DNA of 64,000 nt from an uncultured Candidatus Poseidoniales archaeon (GTDB lineage: Archaea; Thermoplasmatota; Poseidoniia; Poseidoniales; Thalassarchaeaceae): positions 71,076 through 135,075 of the forward strand of contig CAZLVU010000003.1 in the NCBI GenBank assembly GCA_964563355.1, read 5' to 3'. Below are positions 56,620 to 64,000 of this stretch, piece after piece. A program made the position numbers and the translations under genes. Below the pieces are notes generated by a model. That model had not been told where the DNA came from. It did no database searches and was given only the letters and a program-made list of their open reading frames with translations. Each line of letters begins with the position of its first letter. Within the stretch, counting starts at the first letter, position 1.

Positions 56620-58041
56620 CTATCTCCACAGTCCAAGTGAGTCCCTGAGCCCTTTCTCAAGCTCTGTATGCAGGAATTCGTAACCCTCTTCGATCAGTCT
56701 TTTCGGGAGGACCCGTTGACTTTCCAAAGCAAGATTCTCACCCATCTCCCCCAGCATTATCCTAATCGCGAACCCCGGAATCGGAGCAAAGGCCGGACGC
56801 CTCAAAACCCTTCCAAGAGTTTTGGCGAAGCTCTTCTGTCTAGATGGGTTGGGGGCCGTAATGTTGTAAGCACCCTGAGCTTTCTCGCTCATCAGGAGAT
56901 GATGTATGGCGTAGATTTCATCGTCCAACGAGATCCATGACATCCATTGTTTGCCACCTCCCATCGGACCTCCCCCGCCCATTCTGAATGGGAGCAGCAT
57001 TCTCCCCAGAGCACCCCCAGTTGCTGCAAGAACTATGCCACTGCGTAAGAAAACAGACCTGACTCCAGCTCTCTCAACCCCAGAAGCAGCAGCCTCCCAG
57101 TCTGAGCAAACATCTGGGAGGAAACCATTTCCAAGGGAACTATCTTCGTCCAGCTTCTCGTCCCCTCTGTCTCCGTACCAGCCAATTGCACTGGCAAGCA
57201 AGAAGACCTCCGGCTTCTCCTCAAGAGAGGAGATGGCTTCGGAAAGTAGAGTGGTGCTGACCACCCTAGAGTCACGAATGGCCTTTTTTCGGCGAGAGCT
57301 CCACCTCTTGTCCCCAATCCCCTCACCTCCTAGGTGAATAATCGCATCGAAACCCTCTAGAATACTGGAATCCAACTTCCCAGTATCTGGGTCCCAGAAC
57401 AACTCGTTAGCTCCTTCTTTTATCGGTCGACGCACAAGCCTCCAGATATCGTGACCACCCGTGTCGAGGAATGCCACGAGTTGCGTCCCAATCAATCCCG
57501 AAGAGCCCGCAACCAATATTCGTTTACGGGGTATGTGCGAGAATTCTGAGTGCCGCCTTAGGTCACGCTGCAGACGCAGTTCACGTGCCTTGAACATCCT
57601 GGAGATTCGCCCTCTGACAAGCATACCTCCCAGAAACCTGTCAACAAGATTCCCCAGAGGTCCGAACGGTACTTGGTATGCAACTTCATCTACAACTGTC
57701 GTAAGTCCCTCCGATTCCACAAGATGATGGTCATGTTTCCAAGACTTGAAAGGCCCCTTAACCATCTTGTCAGCGAAGAAGTTTGGTGGTTCGTATGCAG
57801 TGTGCTCAGCAACCCAAGTCATCTTGAGGGGCCCCATTGGGAACCTGAAGATTCGCTGGGAGCCCACCTCCAGAGTCTCATCAGCCCTGATCTCTTCAGC
57901 TACCTCCCAAGGTGGCATCAGCCTTCGAAAGGAACCCTCACGCTCGAACCAAGCGAACGTTGCATCAATGTCAGCATCAACCTTAGTCTCGTGCCTGTAG
58001 CTATACATCCAATCATCCGCCAGTTTCTTTAACTCGTCCAA
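56620..58041 (-). CDS. SRPBCC domain fused to TIGR01777 (YfcH-like) NAD-dependent epimerase
   Basis: N-terminal RLMPPW, GPFKSWKHDH; GSSGLIG, SAIGWYG, FL.DVC.DWE, GKQWMSWI, SQRVLP. Confidence 0.9.
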   Translation of the reverse strand: MDELKKLADDWMYSYRHETKVDADIDATFAWFEREGSFRRLMPPWEVAEEIRADETLEVGSQRIFRFPMGPLKMTWVAEHTAYEPPNFFADKMVKGPFKSWKHDHHLVESEGLTTVVDEVAYQVPFGPLGNLVDRFLGGMLVRGRISRMFKARELRLQRDLRRHSEFSHIPRKRILVAGSSGLIGTQLVAFLDTGGHDIWRLVRRPIKEGANELFWDPDTGKLDSSILEGFDAIIHLGGEGIGDKRWSSRRKKAIRDSRVVSTTLLSEAISSLEEKPEVFLLASAIGWYGDRGDEKLDEDSSLGNGFLPDVCSDWEAAASGVERAGVRSVFLRSGIVLAATGGALGRMLLPFRMGGGGPMGGGKQWMSWISLDDEIYAIHHLLMSEKAQGAYNITAPNPSRQKSFAKTLGRVLRRPAFAPIPGFAIRIMLGEMGENLALESQRVLPKRLIEEGYEFLHTELEKGLRDSLGLWR

Positions 58042-58160
58042 AAACCGACATATTTCAGTTTTAATAATCCATTATCTCCTCTCAGATGGACTCATCATAC
58101 TCGAAACATGTTGTTTGCAACAATTAATCTGGTTAGGCTTTACGGGTGTCATAAGGATGG

Positions 58161-58493
58161 GTGAAACGCGACATGTCCAGAGAATTGTTGACCGATATCG
58201 AGAGGGGCGATGAGGACTGCATCCTCAGATTTGCTGATGGGGCAACTTTCAGAGTGAGTTATTTGGCGATAAGATCTAACTGCCAGTGCGCTAAGTGCAA
58301 GCCACGTCAGGAGAACGACCAACGCAGACTTGAACTTGAGGAAGAGGTATCTAGGCTAAGAATGGAGAAGCCCAGAGTCCAACCAGTGGGACGATATGGA
58401 ATACAACTTGAGTGGCCGACCGGATGCTCTAGCGGCATACACTCTTTCTCACATCTCCGGATCGTTTCCGAAACCCATGGAGCCCAATTTTAG
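58161..58493 (+). CDS. DUF971 / GBBH-like N-terminal domain protein
   Basis: IRSNCQCAKC, PVGRYGIQ.EW, GIHSF..L. Confidence 0.82.
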   Translation: MKRDMSRELLTDIERGDEDCILRFADGATFRVSYLAIRSNCQCAKCKPRQENDQRRLELEEEVSRLRMEKPRVQPVGRYGIQLEWPTGCSSGIHSFSHLRIVSETHGAQF

Positions 58494-58586
58494 CTCCTGG
58501 TGGTTTTGCGAAGGAGTCAAAACCACCACTCAATTCCAAGGTACATCGGAGTTGCGGGTTCCCCCCGCAGCCACGGTGGCGATATC

Positions 58587-60017
58587 ATGCCCGTTGACGA
58601 ACCGAAGGCCGCTGAGAATGAGCTCGACGATGAGGATGAGTGGCAACTCTACGCATCAGCGGGGTATGCATCCACCGGCTTAATTTCTGCGGAACAAGTT
58701 CTCACTGATGAGCAAGATCAAGATGAGATTTGGTTTGATGGGGACGATTTCGACTCAGAGGGCAGCACAATCAACTGGGACGCTCCTCCCTGCCCCGCTC
58801 CATTAGGGATCGCACATGTGATTAAAATCGGGTCATGTGATTATTGTCTCAGAAGGATTGGTGGGAAGAGGATTGATCTCCCAGATCCCGAAGCCGGGGC
58901 TCAACTTCGTCAGGAGGCATATGATAGTGACCAGGAACTCTCCACAAGTATTCTTCAGGAGTTCTGCCCTCTATGTGAGAACCTATTCGATGATGTAGAT
59001 AACATCGTTGAAAGGGTATTCGGGACCTTGTCGGGATTCGAGTTTTCGACAATTCAATTTGGTATCCATCTGGCCAAGGATCTGATTCAGGAGGAGGACA
59101 GGATTCGTTCCAAATATGGATCCCCAGGTTCCAATCCACTGAAGGCCGCACTTGTTGAGGCTATTCACCACAAAATCAGGGGTGCTAATCACGAGGTTGC
59201 TTTCGTAAAGGAGAGACCTGATGTGATGGCTTTAGTTGACGGCCTCACACTCAGAGTTGACGTTGATGTGAGGCCGGTTTTCCTCTACGGCAGGTATAGG
59301 AAACTGGTGCGCGATATTCCTCAAACTCGTTGGCCATGCAGATCATGCAGAGGGAGGGCAGAGGGGTGCGAATCATGCAATGGCTCAGGTCTTCAGTACC
59401 CCGATTCAGTACAGGACCTGATAGGCGAACCAATTAGGGAGGCCTTGCTCGCTGAGAACACTTCTTTCCATGGAATGGGTAGGGAGGACATCGACGTCCG
59501 CTGTCTTGGTTCAGGGAGGCCATTTGTGCTTGAGGTCAAACGACCCGCGAAGCGAAACCACTCTCTCGAGGAATTGGTGAGAAAGGTCAACGAACATGCA
59601 TCAGGGAAGGTGGAGGTAGACACTTTTTCGTGGTGCAACCGAACTAAGATTAACGAAGTGAAGCAATCAAGGTCGGACAAGACATACACTATCCGGTTCA
59701 GGGTTGATGGCACCACAGATCAAAACTCCATTTCCGAAGCAATCTCTAGTCTTTCAGGGACAGTCATTGACCAGGAGACTCCCAAACGAGTCTCACATAG
59801 GAGAGCTGCAAAGATACGAAAGAGAAAGGTGACATCCATTGATAGCATAATTTTTGATGATGACGAGGTCCAAATCACACTTCGCTGCGAAGCGGGAACC
59901 TACGTTAAGGAGCTTATCCACTCCGATGAGGGCAGAACCTCTCCCTCGGTGAAGAGCGTTATTGGTAGGGAATGCGAGGTAATCTGGTTAGATGTTGAGG
60001 AGATCCATGCAGACTGA
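58587..60017 (+). CDS. pus10: tRNA pseudouridine(54/55) synthase Pus10 with acidic N-terminal extension
   Basis: CDYCLRR, CPLC, YGRYRK..RDIPQTRW, FHGMGREDIDVR, Q.TP.RV.HRRA, AGTYVKEL...D.GRT.PS. Confidence 0.95.
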   Translation: MPVDEPKAAENELDDEDEWQLYASAGYASTGLISAEQVLTDEQDQDEIWFDGDDFDSEGSTINWDAPPCPAPLGIAHVIKIGSCDYCLRRIGGKRIDLPDPEAGAQLRQEAYDSDQELSTSILQEFCPLCENLFDDVDNIVERVFGTLSGFEFSTIQFGIHLAKDLIQEEDRIRSKYGSPGSNPLKAALVEAIHHKIRGANHEVAFVKERPDVMALVDGLTLRVDVDVRPVFLYGRYRKLVRDIPQTRWPCRSCRGRAEGCESCNGSGLQYPDSVQDLIGEPIREALLAENTSFHGMGREDIDVRCLGSGRPFVLEVKRPAKRNHSLEELVRKVNEHASGKVEVDTFSWCNRTKINEVKQSRSDKTYTIRFRVDGTTDQNSISEAISSLSGTVIDQETPKRVSHRRAAKIRKRKVTSIDSIIFDDDEVQITLRCEAGTYVKELIHSDEGRTSPSVKSVIGRECEVIWLDVEEIHAD

Positions 60018-60091
60018 GAGGTTTGTGAACATCCGAGTCCTTAAGAACGCCCCTTTTGTCGCCTGTTTTCGCAATAAGGCGTGGTGATAGC

Positions 60092-60385
60092 ATGGTTACT
60101 CGTACAAAGGGATCACGACAGGGTACTAGAAGCATACTCAGCAAGGGGAAGAGGGAGCGTAGGAGACCCTTCATCGGCCGCGTAATGCATTCCTACCAAG
60201 ATGGCGACAAAGTCGCGATTGTCCTCGATGGCGCCCAGCAGAAGGGCATGCCCCACCGTCGTTTCCAAGGTCGCACTGGAATTATCACAGGGACCCAGGG
60301 CAGAGCCTATGTAGTCAGAGTGTTGGATGGTAACATGGAGAAGACTGTGGTTGCTAGACCTGAGCACCTGAAACCGATAGAGTAG
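60092..60385 (+). CDS. rpl21e: Ribosomal protein eL21
   Basis: KGSRQGTR, GDKV, KGMPHRRFQGRTG, RPEHL; GGTGA upstream. Confidence 0.96.
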   Translation: MVTRTKGSRQGTRSILSKGKRERRRPFIGRVMHSYQDGDKVAIVLDGAQQKGMPHRRFQGRTGIITGTQGRAYVVRVLDGNMEKTVVARPEHLKPIE

Positions 60386-60393
60386 GTGATTGG

Positions 60394-60756
60394 ATGGTGG
60401 AAAAGGAGTTCGTCGACTATGCAACAGTTAGGGACCTTCTGATGGACGCTAGGATTCGCAGAGGAGAGATTTCCTACGAACAGACCATGGCGATGCAGCA
60501 TGCGGAGTGGAAGGCCAGTGCTGGAGGCCACCCCACTGGTGATCTCAAAACCGATCCCGAGGTTTTCAATGGGTTATTCCAAGCACTTATGGAGAATGAA
60601 AAGTTGAACCAAAATCCTGAGATTTGTTCCAAGATAGCAGAACTGTCTCCCCTTTCTGTTGCTGATGTTAGGGTCATTATTGCTAGTAAGAGGATTGCTA
60701 TGGACACCTCTGAAATTGAGGAAATCATCACAACAATCCGCCAACATGTACTCTAG
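60394..60756 (+). CDS. rpo4: RNA polymerase subunit Rpo4 (F)
   Basis: ISYEQ..AMQHA, KIAEL.P....DVR.I; conserved position after rpl21e. Confidence 0.85.
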   Translation: MVEKEFVDYATVRDLLMDARIRRGEISYEQTMAMQHAEWKASAGGHPTGDLKTDPEVFNGLFQALMENEKLNQNPEICSKIAELSPLSVADVRVIIASKRIAMDTSEIEEIITTIRQHVL

Positions 60757-60829
60757 TCGGAGTAATCGCTAGTAATCCTCATGACAACTCATTTGATGAG
60801 GGAGAACCTTTCTGGGATGTATTGGGAAT

Positions 60830-61402
60830 ATGATGCCGGACGATGGACACGAGGCCGGCGAGGAGCCAAAAGGTCCCTATGATGATGAGACCAGTGTCCG
60901 AGTCCTAGATGTGCAAGATAGGAGGCCCATAGGACATGAGCTGCAATGCATTAGCGAGCCTTCCTTGTTTCTAGTTAGAGTACGTGCGTCCGATATTAGC
61001 GACATGGCTGTAGGAGGTCAGATAGCACTCCCCTCCGATCAAATAGGCCCTCTATCCGAAGTGCGACTCAAGGATCTAAGCGGCTCTGCACAACAGGAAC
61101 TTGTCCCCTCTCTGAGCTCATCAATTAGTGTCAACCCCGACTGCCATCTTGCTTTCTACAACAGTGCTGGACCCATGTCATTGAAGTTCCACGCATTCCA
61201 GCTCCTTCCTGGGATAGGGAATTCTAAGGCCATGCAGATGGTCCAAGCTAGGGGGATGTCTGGATGGAGCTCATTCGAAGAAGTTGACAATGTCTGCGGC
61301 ATCGACTCGGTCAATCTCTTGGCTGAAAGATACGTCAAGGAGATGGAGGATGTGGCACAAACTCCCCGTTTACTTGATTTGCTGGTGCGGTCAGAGACTT
61401 GA
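60830..61402 (+). CDS. DUF655 family putative RNA-binding protein
   Basis: FYN.AGP.SLKFHAFQLLPGIG, F.EV; conserved position between rpo4 and ksgA. Confidence 0.85.
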   Translation: MMPDDGHEAGEEPKGPYDDETSVRVLDVQDRRPIGHELQCISEPSLFLVRVRASDISDMAVGGQIALPSDQIGPLSEVRLKDLSGSAQQELVPSLSSSISVNPDCHLAFYNSAGPMSLKFHAFQLLPGIGNSKAMQMVQARGMSGWSSFEEVDNVCGIDSVNLLAERYVKEMEDVAQTPRLLDLLVRSET

Positions 61403-62310
61403 CAGTGCAATCCCTAGCCGACCTCAATTCGCGACTACTTGTCGACTTACTTCGAGATAGATCCAAACCACGGAAATCACTCGGGCAACACTTCCTGATT
61501 GATGATGAAGTCATCGCTCGAACTCTGGAATTGGCATCGGAGAATGGAAGTCCATTGGGACAAGGATCACACGTACTGGAGATTGGCCCCGGCCCGGGAT
61601 CTCTCACCCTTTCCATGCTTCGCTCGGGTGCCAAGGTTTCTGCCATAGAGATTGATAATGAAATAGTATCCCACATACAACGTGTTTTCGGAAGGATCGA
61701 TTGCGGCCTTGAAGTATTTGAGGCAGATGCTATTCAAGCCTCATGGCCGGCAGGAATCACCCACATTATTTCCAACCTACCCTTCCAAATCTCCAGTCCA
61801 ATATTGGAGAGGATTAGAGTCCAACATTCCAGGAAGCCACTAGAACTCGTTATCCTCCTAGTTCAGAAAGAGTTTGCAGACAGGATGGCTATGTCCTCTA
61901 TGCCATATGATGCGGGTTCCCTGGGATTGAACCTGTGGTTAGACTTTGATGTCTCTACTGATAGGAAAGTCCCCCCGAACTCGTTCATCCCATCCCCGAA
62001 AGTAAACTCGGCACTCGTCGTCTTGAGGCCATTGGTCCGTCCAGAGATTGAGGCGTTGGACAAATCACTCTTCAGGGTAGTTACCAAACACTGCTTCTCC
62101 AATCGCAGGAGGAAACTCAGAACACTACTATCGAAGGCACCCCGTAGGATCTCTCGAGTCAAAGGATGGCACAAGGAAAGGTGGGAATCCGCAATCGTTC
62201 GGTTGTTGGAGTCGGAGGTCGAAGGCCTACCTAGCGACTGGGCAGAACTCAGACCAGAATCTCTTGATCCGATTGATTGGGTTCTACTGGTGAAGGGAAT
62301 CTCCTCATAA
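61399..62310 (+). CDS. ksgA: 16S rRNA m6,2A dimethyltransferase
   Basis: KSLGQHFL, VLEIGPGPGSLT, AIEID, ISNLPFQISSP, QKEFA.R, F.P.PKVNS, F.NRRRKL. Confidence 0.95.
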   Translation: MTVQSLADLNSRLLVDLLRDRSKPRKSLGQHFLIDDEVIARTLELASENGSPLGQGSHVLEIGPGPGSLTLSMLRSGAKVSAIEIDNEIVSHIQRVFGRIDCGLEVFEADAIQASWPAGITHIISNLPFQISSPILERIRVQHSRKPLELVILLVQKEFADRMAMSSMPYDAGSLGLNLWLDFDVSTDRKVPPNSFIPSPKVNSALVVLRPLVRPEIEALDKSLFRVVTKHCFSNRRRKLRTLLSKAPRRISRVKGWHKERWESAIVRLLESEVEGLPSDWAELRPESLDPIDWVLLVKGISS

Positions 62311-62411
62311 TCCTCCAATATTCCGTAATTTTACAACGACTTGATAGAGGCCCCCCTCTTCGGCTCGACAAGGCCAGGGCCAGAGGGATCCGGGTCGAGG
62401 GTGGTGAGTAA

Positions 62412-63500
62412 TTGGCAAAGAAGGACACCTATCTGGCTCTCCTCCGCAGAGGAATTGACGAGACCACCGCTCAAGCTTTATCAGATAGCGGGATTAAGAT
62501 CGGAGACCTCAAGAAACTAGATTCTGAAACTCTAGTCAATAATTACGGCTTGAAGGATGAGGTTGCGAAATCAGTATTGGATGCGGTGAAGTCGGGACCT
62601 AGATCATCTAGCAGACAGCGGTTCCTAGCCGATGTACTTTCAGACGACCAGAAGCGGGTTGACAAAATCGACGAAACTCGCTTTAAACGTGAACAGAAGG
62701 ATATTTATGCAGAGTTACAGGAAAAAAAAGAGCAACTGAGACTTGCTAGGGTTGAGGCTTTCAGGAACAAGAAACTCGTCATGAATCGCCTAGGGAAGAC
62801 TGTAGAACTGATCGTCAAACTGGAGAACAATCTAGATGATGAGTCGAAGGATGAGCAGAGATCTAAGCTGCGAGACCAGTTGGAGACTAGGGGCCTAGAG
62901 GCTGCACGGGATCACGAGATGCTCGAACTTTCCGGCACCCCTCAGGACATTGTTGATTTCCGCAGGAAGATTGCACCGGTCCTCTGCCTCCATGCATGCC
63001 CACACTGCGGTGAAGAGATGGATCCCAGAGGAAGCAGCATAATGGACGACTCTACGAATTTCTCGTTCATTTGCTGGGACTGTGAGGAGGAATTCCTAGC
63101 ACCCATGGCTGAGGTTGTGGAAGGCAGACTAGACAACGGATCGAGAATAAAGTTCAGTTCCAAGACCAAACCTAGGCTACCAGTCGTCAAGCCCCCACAC
63201 AAGGACAAGGCTAAGTCAATCACTGACTTGATGAAGAGAGATTTAGAATCAGCAGGAGCCACCGCTGAGGAGTTGGAGGCCGCACTCCAGTCCAGCACAT
63301 TGACGGGCGTACTGATGAGCATAGATGAGTGGATAGACCAAACCATCGCTGCCAAAGGCTACATCCAGGCTCAGGAGGACAGAGAGGATTTCATTATCGC
63401 TACAGGTGCAGGAGCCACGAAGTTCAACAAGTGGATGAAGAAGGCCGGACTGCGATTCAATAAGCAATCAGGACGCTGGACTCGCTGGGAAGACCGGTGA
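62412..63500 (+). CDS. Hypothetical protein: N-terminal HhH-like domain, helical middle, CPHC/CWDC zinc ribbon, winged-helix-like end
   Basis: 362-aa ORF with TTG start after GGTGA; CPHCG..M...F.CWDC. Confidence 0.7.
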   Translation: MAKKDTYLALLRRGIDETTAQALSDSGIKIGDLKKLDSETLVNNYGLKDEVAKSVLDAVKSGPRSSSRQRFLADVLSDDQKRVDKIDETRFKREQKDIYAELQEKKEQLRLARVEAFRNKKLVMNRLGKTVELIVKLENNLDDESKDEQRSKLRDQLETRGLEAARDHEMLELSGTPQDIVDFRRKIAPVLCLHACPHCGEEMDPRGSSIMDDSTNFSFICWDCEEEFLAPMAEVVEGRLDNGSRIKFSSKTKPRLPVVKPPHKDKAKSITDLMKRDLESAGATAEELEAALQSSTLTGVLMSIDEWIDQTIAAKGYIQAQEDREDFIIATGAGATKFNKWMKKAGLRFNKQSGRWTRWEDR

Positions 63501-63509
63501 GGATTCTGG

Positions 63510-63809
63510 ATGACAAATGAGCTTCCAGTAATCCGATTCTTCCGGGGATCCAAGATTATCGGATCTGCTCCTGCAGTGCCTGAGGCGCCTATCGTGGAAA
63601 TTGCCGACCTCGCAGGCGTAGTTATCCCAACTAACTGTACTGCTGGAAATTGTGGCACCTGCCTAGTGAGACTAATCAGTGGAACCGTGGCAATTCCAGA
63701 CAAACCCCCCCCTGGTCTCGATGACTACCTATTGGAATTGGGCGGGATCCTGACCTGCTGTCTACAGCCTACAGGAAATTGTGATATCGATGTTATTCCC
63801 CCAATATAG
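63510..63809 (+). CDS. 2Fe-2S ferredoxin
   Basis: IPTNCTAGNCGTC (Cx4Cx2C) plus distal LTCC. Confidence 0.88.
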   Translation: MTNELPVIRFFRGSKIIGSAPAVPEAPIVEIADLAGVVIPTNCTAGNCGTCLVRLISGTVAIPDKPPPGLDDYLLELGGILTCCLQPTGNCDIDVIPPI

Positions 63810-63817
63810 GTGATCAA

Positions 63818-63988
63818 TTGGCAGACTGGAGCGACCCCGAACTATTACGTGCTCTAGCAATCTCAATTGTTGGAATAGTTGTGGGACTTCGCTGGCTCTA
63901 CAACAGGATTCTACTCAAGCTAGAGGAAGTAGAAGAGCGGAAGAATGTGTACTCAGAAGGCCCCTCAGGATCCGACTTAGAGCGATAA
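63818..63988 (+). CDS. Small single-pass membrane protein (56 aa), absent from the ORF track
   Basis: AGGTGA SD, TTG start, MADWSDPELLRALAISIVGIVVGLRWLYNRILLKLEEVEERKNVYSEGPSGSDLER, TAA at 63986-63988. Confidence 0.55.
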   Translation: MADWSDPELLRALAISIVGIVVGLRWLYNRILLKLEEVEERKNVYSEGPSGSDLER

Positions 63989-64000
63989 GCCGTCCCAAAC

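Noticed and set aside
62311-62411. GC-rich intergenic stretch checked for tRNA or small RNA
   Set aside because: No cloverleaf or T-loop GTTCRA motif seen; likely promoter plus leader

Overview
Gene-dense archaeal chromosome segment with about 52 protein genes. Archaeal markers are MCM, GatE, Pth2, RaSEA, Pus10, Rpo4, L21e, P0/P1 stalk proteins, Spt5 and GGTGA/GGAGG ribosome-binding sites. The overall content (Liv peptide/amino-acid ABC transporter, MMPL protein, RCC1 surface protein, AddAB-like pair) fits a Marine Group II (Ca. Poseidoniales, Thermoplasmatota) archaeon; this taxonomy is inference. Two conserved archaeal housekeeping clusters are present: ftsZ-secE-spt5-rpl11-rpl1-rpl10-rpl12 and pus10-rpl21e-rpo4-DUF655-ksgA. 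I found no tRNA, rRNA, CRISPR array, transposase or integrase by eye. Main oddities: (1) Spt5 carries an N-terminal Nudix-like domain with a degenerate Nudix box; (2) the adjacent uL11 lacks its N-terminal domain; (3) a cbb3/CcoN-like haem-copper oxidase subunit I homologue appears to have lost all metal-ligand histidines; (4) a DUF4430 plus CbrT-like S-component pair suggests cobalamin uptake; (5) an AddAB-like pair has a four-Cys staple in both subunits; (6) two coiled-coil proteins end in the same altered HhH-like domain; (7) an RCC1 surface protein has an indel-free 34-aa Cys-rich repeat stalk; (8) an L1-binding autoregulatory RNA element precedes rpl1. All family calls come from motif recognition, not database searches.
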